NCBI GenBank assembly: GCA_050633245.1
Contig: JBOEGD010000020.1
Span: 205,710-269,709, forward strand
Length of the DNA stretch: 64,000 nt
Direction of reading: 5' to 3'
DNA from: Calditrichia bacterium
GTDB taxonomy: Bacteria > Calditrichota > Calditrichia > RBG-13-44-9 > J075
This document shows, piece by piece, positions 51,380 to 60,925 of the stretch (positions are counted from its first letter, which is position 1; each line of letters opens with the position of its first letter). Position numbers and translations under genes: made by a program. The notes under the pieces were generated by a model. That model was given only the letters and a program-made list of their open reading frames with translations, was not told the DNA's origin and did not search any database.

Positions 51380-53524
51380 ATGCGCAATCTTATTAGCTTT
51401 CTTATGTTAGTAGTTTTCTCCACAATACTATCTGCTCAAGGTTGGGAGTGGCAAAATCCTAAGCCCAGCGGAAATGCGTTAACTAAAATGCAGTTTGTCG
51501 GGAATAATGAATATGTATTAACTGAAAACGAAGAGCTGTTAAAATACGATGAGAATTTCGATGTACAACGTTTTGAAATTCCGGTGATTTTGCCTCGGGG
51601 TATTGCCTTCCTGGATGAAAATGTCGGGTATTCTGTCGGTATCTTTGGTGAAATAGTAAAAACGACAGATTGTGGACAGACCTGGGAGACGATTAGTAGT
51701 CCTACACGCAAACGTTTAAATGCCATTACCTTTAATGGCAATGGTATTGGTATTGCTGTTGGAGATAGCGGGGCGATTATTCGCAGTAACGATTTCGGAA
51801 ACAGTTGGACTCCAATTGGCTCCACTACAGAGGAATGGTTGACCACAGTTACCTTCTTAGATGATTCTACCGGCATGGCCGCCGGGCGGAACGGGACTAT
51901 CCTCAGGACAGAAGATGCCGGGCAAAATTGGCAGCTGAATACACTTCCTGAATTGCCGGACATTAATTTTGTATTCAATTCCCATGAAGTCTATTTTGAT
52001 AGCACAAGTCTCTGTTTTTGCGAAGATGGTATAACTTATTATAGTCAAGATTTTGGGAAAACCTGGACGCGTGTAACTCCTATTTCTACGGAGGATCTGC
52101 TAGGGGCGGCAATTTCTCCCAACGGAGATATGTTTGCGGTTGGTGAAAACGGAACGCTAATAAAAAGCACTGATCGCGGCATTAACTGGCAGAATATCGT
52201 CATTGGTACCGCGGCAACGCTTTATTCGATAGGCTTCTTTGCCAATGGAAACGGAATGATCGGCAGTGACTTTGGCCAGGTCTTTCGCACCGAAGATGGT
52301 GGTGGAAGCTGGGGACTTCTGCAACCGGATATTATTCGTAGTACGCTTCAGGCTATTTTCTTTATCTCTGTGCTTAAAGGCTGGGCGGTGGGGGGCGACG
52401 GCAATATCCTTGTCACCACCGACGGTGGACTAACCTGGGTGAAACAAACCAGCGGTGTTGCTGGCTTTATAAACGATATTCATTTTATCGATGAAAATAA
52501 AGGCTTTGCCGTCGGTGGGGTTTTTGGCGTAAATGCCACAGTATTACGCACAGTTGATGGTGGCGCAACCTGGACGCCCGTAAACACACCTGCCTTCAAT
52601 ACGCTGTTTTCTATTACATTTGTCGATTCTCAACGTGGTTTTATGTGCGGTGTCGATGGACAGCTACTTTTTACTGCCGATTGCGGAGTAACCTGGTTTT
52701 CCCTGTTTAGTGGGACGACCAATTGGCTGCTGGATATTCAGTTTCCTTCTCCTACAACCGGCTATATTGTTGGTGGGAACGGCACGGTTCTAAAGACCAG
52801 CGACGGCGGCTCTCTATGGACGCCTCGTTTTAGTGGGACCTCGGAATGGCTTCAGAGTGTGACATTTTTAGATGACACAACTGGTATGACGGCCGGTAAT
52901 GGCGGCGTTATCCTTCGGACGGAAGACGGTGGACAAACCTGGGAAGATCGTTCGCCCCTCTTTGCTGCAGGGAATGATTTTAGTGAGATGAATCTGGACT
53001 TTTTTTTACAAAAATCCGGTCAGCAGGACGTTCAGGGGATCGCTGTTGGTGCGAATGGTATGCTTGCCTTTACGAGCGACGGAGGCTTAACATGGGAAGA
53101 ACAGTCCAGTGGTACCAGTAATGACCTCTTCGGACTTGCTTTACTTCCTGATGGTTCAGCATATATCTGTGGTGATGGAGGGAGCATATTATATTCTTCA
53201 GCTGTTACCGTTGGTGTCGAGCCATTGGAAACATTAGATGTGGTTACGGACTATCTGCTTCAGCAGAACTATCCGAACCCGTTTAATCCGGAAACAATCA
53301 TTCGCTTTTATCTGCCTAACGCTGAGAACGTCCGGTTAATAGTCTACGATGTTCTTGGCCGGCGTGTGCGTGAACTGGTCAATGAGAATCTGGCTGCTGG
53401 TAGTTTTCAAACAACTTGGGATGGTACCAACGATTTCGGTCATCAGGTTAGCAGCGGTGTTTATGTGTATCGCTTAATCGGTAATGGAATTGTTGAGAGC
53501 CGTAAAATGATGTTGTTGCGTTAG
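51380..53524 (+). CDS. YCF48/BNR-repeat beta-propeller protein with T9SS-type C-terminal domain
   Basis: Many (T/S)xDGGxTW Asp-box repeats; QNYPNPFNP + FlgD-like tail. Start moved to ATG 51380 (signal peptide). Confidence 0.9.
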   Translation: MRNLISFLMLVVFSTILSAQGWEWQNPKPSGNALTKMQFVGNNEYVLTENEELLKYDENFDVQRFEIPVILPRGIAFLDENVGYSVGIFGEIVKTTDCGQTWETISSPTRKRLNAITFNGNGIGIAVGDSGAIIRSNDFGNSWTPIGSTTEEWLTTVTFLDDSTGMAAGRNGTILRTEDAGQNWQLNTLPELPDINFVFNSHEVYFDSTSLCFCEDGITYYSQDFGKTWTRVTPISTEDLLGAAISPNGDMFAVGENGTLIKSTDRGINWQNIVIGTAATLYSIGFFANGNGMIGSDFGQVFRTEDGGGSWGLLQPDIIRSTLQAIFFISVLKGWAVGGDGNILVTTDGGLTWVKQTSGVAGFINDIHFIDENKGFAVGGVFGVNATVLRTVDGGATWTPVNTPAFNTLFSITFVDSQRGFMCGVDGQLLFTADCGVTWFSLFSGTTNWLLDIQFPSPTTGYIVGGNGTVLKTSDGGSLWTPRFSGTSEWLQSVTFLDDTTGMTAGNGGVILRTEDGGQTWEDRSPLFAAGNDFSEMNLDFFLQKSGQQDVQGIAVGANGMLAFTSDGGLTWEEQSSGTSNDLFGLALLPDGSAYICGDGGSILYSSAVTVGVEPLETLDVVTDYLLQQNYPNPFNPETIIRFYLPNAENVRLIVYDVLGRRVRELVNENLAAGSFQTTWDGTNDFGHQVSSGVYVYRLIGNGIVESRKMMLLR

Positions 53525-53532
53525 GGAACTTA

Positions 53533-53598
53533 AGACTGGAGCAGTTTTCAAAACTGCTCCAGTCTACTTCAAAACTGCTCCAATCTTTAGGCTCCAAT
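53533..53598. repeat. REP-like palindrome, copy 2, with partial direct repeats
   Basis: AGACTGGAGCAGTTTTCAAAACTGCTCCAGTCTAC (reads GTAG-palindrome on minus), then TTCAAAACTGCTCCAATCT and GCTCCAAT. Confidence 0.75.
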
Positions 53599-54704
53599 TA
53601 TTTCATTAAAACAGCTTTGCGCATTTGCTGCTGCGCTCCGGCCTGAAGACGGTAATAATAAACGCCGCTTGGCAGTGCCTCCGCATTCCACTGTAACGAA
53701 TAGCTTCCCGCCGCCATCTGTTCATTAATAAGCGTTTCCACTTTTTGACCCAGCTGATTATAGATACTCAGCTCAACGGCCTCCGAATTCCGCAAGGCAA
53801 AGCGAATTGTGGTGCTTGGGTTGAACGGATTCGGATAGTTCTGCTGTAGTTGAAACCCTTCCGCCAGATTATCTTCATTTGTTAAGTTCTCAATACCGGT
53901 AGTTTGTCCAATAATAGTGAAGCCGGAGGCATCGGTAAAGTTCGGATCGGTTTCACCATCCTGGCTTTCGACGGACGCAATAGTAAGCCTGTCTTTATTA
54001 ATCCAGATATAATTGATAAAAGTCTCGGTTTCGGTTGAGGTTGGTACACCATTGATGACAGTTATACTGGTGCAGAAGTCCAACTCCTTAAGGCGCAGGC
54101 AGTCAAAGTTCCCCATAGACGTCATAATGGTTCCCCAGCCATCAACAAGACTAATAATTGAATCGTTCGTGATAATGGCAAACGTAGAAATATCGCCAAA
54201 GGTATCGCTTCTTACGCTCGTCCATGATGAATTAAAGCTAACCGGCAAGGGTACGGCCAGTGCGACCTGCTTTTCAATAATCACCGTATCCTGTGGCGGA
54301 GGTGTAACCTGTACTTCGCCCAGATCGGTCCAGGCTGTTGGGGAGATGTTGGCATACTCATATGATGCAAATCCCGATACGGATGGATCAGAGAACAATG
54401 TGGTAAAGTTCGCCGTCGGAAAAGCGGTGTCATAAGGTGTCGTTTGCGGATCAAGGTAGCTAATATTAACATTAAATGGATTGGGAATCGTTTGATTGGT
54501 AAAGTCGTAGGTTTGATTCGTCCCGGGCATACCGACATTAACAGGAATACTTTCCCGATCGTCGGCCTGAACCATGAATGTGTTACCACGCAGCGCTAGA
54601 AGATCGCTGTCGGTGATCTGAATTTGGGCAAAGCACTGCATACCTGTTGATATTAAAAAAAACACCAAACAAGTTTGCAGCACGGATAAAGATGCACGTT
54701 TCAT
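53598..54704 (-). CDS. Secreted protein with T9SS-type C-terminal sorting domain (paralog of 45433-46542)
   Basis: GAGGA RBS; GTNQTYDFT, DGWGTIMT, SQDGETDPNFTDA, QNYPNPFNP tail. Confidence 0.85.
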   Translation of the reverse strand: MKRASLSVLQTCLVFFLISTGMQCFAQIQITDSDLLALRGNTFMVQADDRESIPVNVGMPGTNQTYDFTNQTIPNPFNVNISYLDPQTTPYDTAFPTANFTTLFSDPSVSGFASYEYANISPTAWTDLGEVQVTPPPQDTVIIEKQVALAVPLPVSFNSSWTSVRSDTFGDISTFAIITNDSIISLVDGWGTIMTSMGNFDCLRLKELDFCTSITVINGVPTSTETETFINYIWINKDRLTIASVESQDGETDPNFTDASGFTIIGQTTGIENLTNEDNLAEGFQLQQNYPNPFNPSTTIRFALRNSEAVELSIYNQLGQKVETLINEQMAAGSYSLQWNAEALPSGVYYYRLQAGAQQQMRKAVLMK

Positions 54705-54898
54705 AGAGCATTTCCTCTTTTGTGTGAACATGGTTTAAGGGAATTCTATAAAGATAGGTTGGATTCTCAGCGAAGTAAACGACGAAATAAGCAATCTTAA
54801 TATGTTGAAATTTACAACCAGGAGGGCAAATTTCCTTCGGCAGCGAGGTTTTGGAAAGGGAGAGTTCTTTAAGAAGAGATTGTTCGCGAGCAATAGAA

Positions 54899-56743
54899 CT
54901 AAGCTTGTTGCTTGCGACTTAACAGCTTTTTAATCATATCCGGACGTCCCACTTTCTCCAGCGTGCGCTCGATCCACTTGCGCTCACCGCGCTTATACCA
55001 GAAGAAAAAACGATGCTGCGCTTTTTTCTCGTCTTTTGTGCGGGCTGTATAAACTTGCTTCAACGTATAGGGATGATAGCCGGAGTAATAGATGATCGTT
55101 CCAACCGTCATCGGTGTGGGAGTGAAATCCTGTACCTGTTCCAGTCGGAAACCCATGTCCTTGGTCTCACAGGCCAAATTCGCCATATCCTCAACCTTTG
55201 AGCCGGGATGGCTGGAAATAAAGTAAGGGATAAGCTGCTGCTTGGTGCCGTGCTTCTTGTTCAGCTTGTCGAACTTTTTCTTGAAGGCGTGAAAATATTT
55301 GAATGACGGCTTGCGCATCATTTTTAGTACGTCGTCGGAAGTATGTTCAGGTGCAACCTTTAATCTTCCTGATACGTGATGCTGAACCAGTTGATCGATA
55401 TACTCATCTGCATGAATATCCTCTTCCTGCTTCTTGTCTTTCGGGATTAGCAGGTCGTAGCGAATTCCGCTGGCAACAAATGCCTTCTTGACCTTCGGAT
55501 GATTTGCTGCCGCCTTGTAAATCTCGGTGAGCGGCTGGTGGTCGGTATCCAGATTGTGGCAGACGGTAGGATGAATACAGGATGGGCTGACGCAGCGATC
55601 GCAGATTTCCTGAACCTTACCCTTCATCTTATACATATTTGCCGACGGTCCACCAAGGTCGCTGATATAGCCTTTAAAATCCGGCATTTCAGTAATCTGA
55701 TTCACTTCCTTCATGATGGATTCTTGGGAGCGACTGGCGATCATTTTACCCTGATGCGCCGATATGGTACAAAAGCTACAACCACCAAAACATCCACGGT
55801 GCATGTTCACCGAAAACTTGATCATGTCGTAAGCTGGAATCGTGCCGCGTTTTTGATATTTGGGGTGTGGCATACGCGTGTACGGTAAGTCGAAGGATGA
55901 GTCGATTTCCTTCTCAGTCATGGTTTGAAATGGTGGATTGATAACCAGTGTTCTATCGCCGACACCCTGAGTGAGTCGATACGCTTTTTGCTTATTCGAT
56001 TCGCGTTCAACAATCTTGAAGTTTGCTGCAAAGGTCTTTTTGTCTTTTAAGCAGGCTTCGTGAGAGGACAGCTCTACGGTTTCCCAATTCTTATTTTTTG
56101 GAATGGATTGTTCACTCGACTGAAGAAAGGCGGTTTGCGGAATGGTGCGCAGTGAAGAAAAGGGTACGCCTTTTTGCAGCAGCTTAATAATTTCGCGTAG
56201 CGGTTGCTCGCCCATGCCGTAGACCAGCATATCAGCCTTGCTGTCTACCAGAATGGATGGCTTCAGCTTGTCGGACCAGTAATCGTAATGGGTAACGCGT
56301 CGCAGTGAACCTTCAATACCACCAATGAGAACCGGTACGTCCGGGAAGAGCTTTTTGAGGATGTTGGAATACACAACTCCGGCATAATCCGGGCGAAAAC
56401 CCGATTCTCCGCCGGGGGTATAGGCATCAGTTGAGCGCTTGCGTTTACCGGCCGTGTAGTGGTTTACCATCGGATCCATACAGCCGGAGGAAATGCCGAA
56501 GAATAATCTTGGTTTGCCAAGTTTTTTGAAGTCCCGTAAATCATCCTGCCAGTTTGGCTGTGGTACAATCGCTACACGCAATCCCTGCGACTCAATAATG
56601 CGTGCCACCGCAGCATGACCAAATGCCGGGTGATCGACATAGGCATCACCGGAGATCAGAATGACATCGAGTTCATCCCACCCACGGGCTTCAACTTCTT
56701 TTTTAGTGGTTGGAAGCCACCGCTTTGGATCCATTACCAGCAT
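54899..56743 (-). CDS. YgiQ family radical SAM protein
   Basis: GDAYVDHPAFG, GGIEGSLRR.THYDYW, RGCFGGCSFC, DLGGPSANMY, PYFISSHPG, QVQDFTPTPMT. Confidence 0.93.
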   Translation of the reverse strand: MLVMDPKRWLPTTKKEVEARGWDELDVILISGDAYVDHPAFGHAAVARIIESQGLRVAIVPQPNWQDDLRDFKKLGKPRLFFGISSGCMDPMVNHYTAGKRKRSTDAYTPGGESGFRPDYAGVVYSNILKKLFPDVPVLIGGIEGSLRRVTHYDYWSDKLKPSILVDSKADMLVYGMGEQPLREIIKLLQKGVPFSSLRTIPQTAFLQSSEQSIPKNKNWETVELSSHEACLKDKKTFAANFKIVERESNKQKAYRLTQGVGDRTLVINPPFQTMTEKEIDSSFDLPYTRMPHPKYQKRGTIPAYDMIKFSVNMHRGCFGGCSFCTISAHQGKMIASRSQESIMKEVNQITEMPDFKGYISDLGGPSANMYKMKGKVQEICDRCVSPSCIHPTVCHNLDTDHQPLTEIYKAAANHPKVKKAFVASGIRYDLLIPKDKKQEEDIHADEYIDQLVQHHVSGRLKVAPEHTSDDVLKMMRKPSFKYFHAFKKKFDKLNKKHGTKQQLIPYFISSHPGSKVEDMANLACETKDMGFRLEQVQDFTPTPMTVGTIIYYSGYHPYTLKQVYTARTKDEKKAQHRFFFWYKRGERKWIERTLEKVGRPDMIKKLLSRKQQA

Positions 56744-57562
56744 TTATTCACCAATCTTACCCATTTCTACACCTTCAGAATAGGCAACCTGCACATTATT
56801 TTCGTTAAATGCTGTCTTTATTTTCCGATAGGTATTGAAGTTTGCTCGCCAGAAGTCATCCGGTTTTACATAGGGACGGATCGCCACAATGATGTTGTGG
56901 CTGTCGTACGACTCAATACCAACTTCCGGTTCCGGTTCACTTAGAATCTCCGGTACCTCTTTTAGAACGTCGCGAATAATCTTTTCGACCTTTGGGAAGC
57001 TTTCTGCATAGGGCATGGTGACGCTCATCTCCAGGCGAATACAGCCGTTGCGGGAGAAATTTGTAACCACGCCGTCAATGACCTGACCGTTTGGAATAAT
57101 CAACGTTTTAAGTCCGGGAGTCACAATGATGGTATTGAAGATCTGAATTTCCTCAACTCGGCCAAACTTATCCTGAATTTCAATCCAGTCTTCCAGCTTA
57201 TATGGCTTGAAGATGAGGATGATAACACCTGCAGCAAAATTACTGAGACTGCCCTGCAATGCCAGTCCGATTGCAAATGCGGCACCGGCAATGATGCCCA
57301 CCAGTCCGGCAAGCTCGAACCCAACGATGCCTGCGGCAACCAATACCAGCATGGTTTTAAGCGCAATGCTCAGGAGCGATTTCAGAAAAGAAACGATCGC
57401 ACCATCGAAGTTTACTTTCTCGAGTGCTTTTTCGGCAAGTTTTTCGATCTTCTTTACCAACCAAAAACCGATAAATAATACGATGATTGCGCCGAAAATC
57501 TTTGGTAAAAATAGAATGACGTTATCCATAAACTGCGTTGCGTATTCCTGCCAATTTCCCAT
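56744..57562 (-). CDS. mscS: Small-conductance mechanosensitive channel
   Basis: AIGLALQGSLSNFAAG, GRVEEIQIFNT, IPNG. Confidence 0.9.
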   Translation of the reverse strand: MGNWQEYATQFMDNVILFLPKIFGAIIVLFIGFWLVKKIEKLAEKALEKVNFDGAIVSFLKSLLSIALKTMLVLVAAGIVGFELAGLVGIIAGAAFAIGLALQGSLSNFAAGVIILIFKPYKLEDWIEIQDKFGRVEEIQIFNTIIVTPGLKTLIIPNGQVIDGVVTNFSRNGCIRLEMSVTMPYAESFPKVEKIIRDVLKEVPEILSEPEPEVGIESYDSHNIIVAIRPYVKPDDFWRANFNTYRKIKTAFNENNVQVAYSEGVEMGKIGE

Positions 57563-57731
57563 TATGCGTATCCTGTTTCCATTTGTTTCCCATGGTTGCC
57601 ATTAGTTACATTGGAGCAATTCTTTTGCAGCATAGAATATAGTGTTTAGAGAGGGCGGAAGGCAAGTCGAGAAGTGAGACGCCGGATGTAGCGCGGGTCA
57701 TCACCTGGGTATTAAGAGATTAGGAGCAAAC

Positions 57732-58121
57732 TTGAAACAATCTTTACATGCTATGGCATTGGTAGTACGCGATTACGACGAGGCCATTGAATATTTTACA
57801 CAAAAGCTGCGATTTCAGCTGTTGGAAGACTCTGATCTGGGAGGCGGCAAACGCTGGGTGCGTGTGGCTCCTGCCGGAAGCGATGGCGCATCTCTGCTTC
57901 TCGCCAAAGCAACTAAACCTGAACAGGTAGATGCCATTGGCAATCAATCCGGTGGGCGCGTTTTTTTATTCCTGCACACCGATGATTTTTGGCGAGACTA
58001 TAATTTCATGAAAGAGCAAGGTGTTGAATTCCGCGAAGAGCCGCGTGAGGAAGTATACGGTACGGTAGTCGTCTTTGAGGATCTGTACGGAAATGCCTGG
58101 GATATGATTGAGAGGAAATAA
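57732..58121 (+). CDS. VOC/glyoxalase family protein
   Basis: LVVRDYDEAI, KRWVRVAP, GNQSGGRVFLFL, VFEDLYGNAWD; AGGAG RBS with TTG start. Confidence 0.92.
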   Translation: MKQSLHAMALVVRDYDEAIEYFTQKLRFQLLEDSDLGGGKRWVRVAPAGSDGASLLLAKATKPEQVDAIGNQSGGRVFLFLHTDDFWRDYNFMKEQGVEFREEPREEVYGTVVVFEDLYGNAWDMIERK

Positions 58122-58440
58122 TAGATCGCTTCGCTGGTAGACCGCACCTTCGGTGCTTGTAGTTCGCTTCGCTTGTAGATCGCTTCGCTTGTAGAACGCT
58201 TCGCTGGTAGACCGCACCTTCGGTGCTGGTAGTTCGCTTCGCTGGTAGACCGCACCTTCGGTGCTTGTAGATCGCTTCGCTTGTAGAACGCTTCGCTTGT
58301 AGAACGCTTCGCTGGTAGGTCGTCCCTTCGGGACTTGTAGATCGCTCACTGCGTTCGCTTGTGCCGAAAGGATTCGTTTCCTACAGCGCCTCAGGCGCGT
58401 CCTACCCTCTACCAGCGCAGGCCGAAGGCCGTAGCGATCT
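58122..58440. repeat. Array of GTAG-tagged mini-hairpin repeats (13 direct units + 2 inverted units), REP/BIME-like
   Basis: Eight 16-nt units TAGwwCGCTTCGCTkG, three 22-nt units TAGACCGCACCTTCGGTGCTkG, one GTCCCTTCGGGAC variant and one 24-nt variant; inverted units at 58381-58405 and 58409-58440. Confidence 0.9.
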
Positions 58441-58554
58441 TTCATCTGTAATTCATCAATCATTAAATATTTCCCGTCTCATTTTACATTTTTGCTGCAT
58501 CAAAGTAACAGTCGGCGTATATTATAAACTGAACCTAAGTAGGAGAACGGAAGC

Positions 58555-59139
58555 ATGGAACGTAAACCGTTGCTTATCTCAAGCCTTTTAATTGCTCTGG
58601 TTATTATCGGAGCGTCCTTTTTTTATGGTGGGGAAGCGACTGCTGAAGACGCTAAACCGAAAGTATCTGAGGCATCAATGTTGGGATCGATGTCAACCGA
58701 AGGCGAATATGCCGGATCATCACTGGTATTGAAGAATCTTGCCGGAGAAGATGTAGCAGTAAAGGATTATGAAGGCAAAGTGGTCCTGATTAATATCTGG
58801 GCATGGTGGTGTCCGCCGTGTATTAAGGAAATCCCTGATCTCATTAAGCTACGCAATACCTACAAAGACCAGGATTTTGAAGTACTCGGCATCGCGATTA
58901 GCGATAAAGGACAATCGCAAAAAGTCGATCAAATGGTTGAAAACTTCAACATCGATTATCCGGTGCTGCGAGGCGATGCCAAGATTGATCAAATTATGCA
59001 GGATTTCGGACAGATCACCTCAATTCCCCGTAGCTTTGTTTTAAACGGCAAGGGAGAAGTTGTCGAAGATATTTCCGGAATGCGAAATTATGCTTTCTTT
59101 GAAGCAGCTATCAAAAAGCATATGAAACCAAAGAGCTAA
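58555..59139 (+). CDS. TlpA-like thiol:disulfide oxidoreductase
   Basis: N-terminal TM; GKVVLINIWAWWCPPCIKEIP; IPRSF. Confidence 0.92.
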   Translation: MERKPLLISSLLIALVIIGASFFYGGEATAEDAKPKVSEASMLGSMSTEGEYAGSSLVLKNLAGEDVAVKDYEGKVVLINIWAWWCPPCIKEIPDLIKLRNTYKDQDFEVLGIAISDKGQSQKVDQMVENFNIDYPVLRGDAKIDQIMQDFGQITSIPRSFVLNGKGEVVEDISGMRNYAFFEAAIKKHMKPKS

Positions 59140-59145
59140 TTTCTT

Positions 59146-59176
59146 AAAAGGCGCGGTAAACACACCGCGCCTTTTT
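59146..59176 (+). terminator. Intrinsic terminator
   Basis: AAAAGGCGCGGT...ACCGCGCCTTTTT. Confidence 0.8.
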
Positions 59177-59207
59177 ATTCTTCTATTTCTACTCCTTGCC
59201 AGCGGCT

Positions 59208-60125
59208 ATGACCCTTCCTTTTATTTATCATCCTGATTATGTGACGCCTTTGCCTGAAGGGCATCGTTTTCCAATGCCTAAATTTGGTGAAGTTCAGCGA
59301 ATTTTGCTGAGCGAGGGGATTGTAGGGCCAGAGCAATTCTACGTTCCTGAGATAGCGTCTCGCGATATGCTGCAGCTTGTTCATTCACCGCAATATGTTG
59401 ATGCCTTCTGTGATGGAACGCTGGATCGACAGGCGGAACGCCGTATTGGGCTTCCCTGGAGTAATGGATTGGTAAAGCGCACCCGAACGGCGGTTGGAGG
59501 AACAGTTCTTACCGTAAAACTAGCCCTGGAACACGGCATTGCCTGCAACACGGCCGGTGGAACCCATCATGCCTTTCCCGAGTATGGTTCGGGGTTTTGT
59601 ATCTTCAATGATATTGCTATTGCAGCGCAGTATGCCCGAAGTGCCGGGCTTGCCAAGCGTGTTCTGATAGTGGATTTAGATGTACATCAGGGAGATGCTA
59701 CGGCTTTCATCTTTGCCGACGAGCCGGATGTGTTTACGTTTTCAATGCACTGTGGCGTTAACTTTCCGTTTCGCAAACAAAAAAGCGATTTAGATGTCGA
59801 CCTGCCTGTCGGTATGAATGATGATGCGTATTTGGTCGCGCTGGAAAACCATCTGCCCGACCTACTTTCTACATTTAATCCCGATCTTGTTATTTACGAT
59901 GCCGGTGTCGATCCACATAAGGATGATAGCCTTGGAAAATTGGCTCTTAGCAATGAAGGGCTCTATCGTCGCGATGCGATAGTTGTTGGGCGCTGTCTGG
60001 CGAATGGTTTTCCAATTGCTACTGTAATTGGCGGCGGTTATGACAAGGATATTGTTGCATTAGCTCACCGTCATACCATGGTGCATCGTGCAGCAACGGA
60101 TCTGGTGCGCCGGCTTCATTCTTAA
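59208..60125 (+). CDS. Histone deacetylase family protein
   Basis: HRFPMPKF, GGTHHA, GFCIFND, DLDVHQGD, AGVDPH..D.LG, GGGY. Confidence 0.93.
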   Translation: MTLPFIYHPDYVTPLPEGHRFPMPKFGEVQRILLSEGIVGPEQFYVPEIASRDMLQLVHSPQYVDAFCDGTLDRQAERRIGLPWSNGLVKRTRTAVGGTVLTVKLALEHGIACNTAGGTHHAFPEYGSGFCIFNDIAIAAQYARSAGLAKRVLIVDLDVHQGDATAFIFADEPDVFTFSMHCGVNFPFRKQKSDLDVDLPVGMNDDAYLVALENHLPDLLSTFNPDLVIYDAGVDPHKDDSLGKLALSNEGLYRRDAIVVGRCLANGFPIATVIGGGYDKDIVALAHRHTMVHRAATDLVRRLHS

Positions 60126-60136
60126 GCGTGGATGCG

Positions 60137-60274
60137 ATGAAAAGGACAAACCTCCCGGAAAAAAATTGCTCGATTTGCAATCGTCCATTCAAGTGGCGCA
60201 GGAAATGGGAGTCGATTTGGGATGAAGTGAAGTACTGTAGCGAACGCTGTAGACGAAGGCGGAAGACTAAATAA
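60137..60274 (+). CDS. DUF2256 family small Cys-rich protein (45 aa, not in the ORF track)
   Basis: Manual translation: MKRTNLPEKNCSICNRPFKWRRKWESIWDEVKYCSERCRRRRKTK. Confidence 0.88.
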   Translation: MKRTNLPEKNCSICNRPFKWRRKWESIWDEVKYCSERCRRRRKTK

Positions 60275-60354
60275 GACTAAAATGGTCGTATTTTTTTACT
60301 GGCTTTTAATTATTTCTTTTCCTATCTTTTTTTCTACGAACTGAAGGTGAGTAT

Positions 60355-60708
60355 ATGACGCAAACCAAAGGACAGGTTGAAGCTGAAATAAGCGCTGCCT
60401 TTACGCGCTTCGAGAAGGATTATTTTGGTCGCGGCCCACGTGAAGTTCGAACATTTATTATTGAGGATATGATTCTCATTCGCCTGAAAGGTGTACTAAC
60501 ACCTGCTGAAGAAAAACTTGCGGCATCGGATGGTGCGGCCCTTATTAAAGAAATCCGCATGCGCCTGATTGAAACATCGCGCCCGATTATTGAGACAATT
60601 ATACACGATATTACGAATGCTCAGGTTGTAACATTGCATACGGATATCAGCTCCAAAACGGGCGAAAGAGTGATTGTACTTGGTATGAATAAAGAGCTTT
60701 TTGCTTGA
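60355..60708 (+). CDS. DUF2294 / MpsC family protein
   Basis: TKGQVEAEIS...FEKDYFGRGP...LKGVLTPAE...LHTDISSKTGERVIV. Confidence 0.88.
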   Translation: MTQTKGQVEAEISAAFTRFEKDYFGRGPREVRTFIIEDMILIRLKGVLTPAEEKLAASDGAALIKEIRMRLIETSRPIIETIIHDITNAQVVTLHTDISSKTGERVIVLGMNKELFA

Positions 60709-60744
60709 TAAAGTAGAATTGATTTAGACTCATTGTTTAAGAAA

Positions 60745-60925
60745 GCCTGTCTATAGACAGAATAGACAAAGCGCATTCCGGAGCAGATTTCGCACAAACG
60801 AAATACAGCTACGGACACAAAATGTAAATACGGTAGATATTCGGAAGGCTCTTGCAGGAAGAGCAGACCAAATTGTAGACCGGTACTCAAAACATTCAGA
60901 TGGATGTGAGTGCCGGTCTTTTTTT
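60745..60925 (+). promoter_or_regulatory. Structured leader ending in an intrinsic terminator (candidate attenuator/riboswitch)
   Basis: Hairpins at 60748-60768, 60777-60815 and 60848-60864; 13-bp terminator stem 60877-60889/60907-60919 with T7, 25 nt before the next start codon. Confidence 0.6.

Noticed and set aside
45433-54704. Diversity-generating retroelement template/variable pair in the two paralogs
   Set aside because: Differences involve all four bases along the genes, identity is moderate, and no reverse transcriptase is present.
58122-58440. CRISPR array
   Set aside because: Units are 16-24 nt and abut directly, with no unique spacers and no cas genes in the window.
57966-58463. 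Minus-strand ORFs of 165 and 85 aa across the repeat array
   Set aside because: They are translations of the DNA repeat and overlap the VOC gene antisense; unit lengths of 16 and 22 nt are not multiples of 3.
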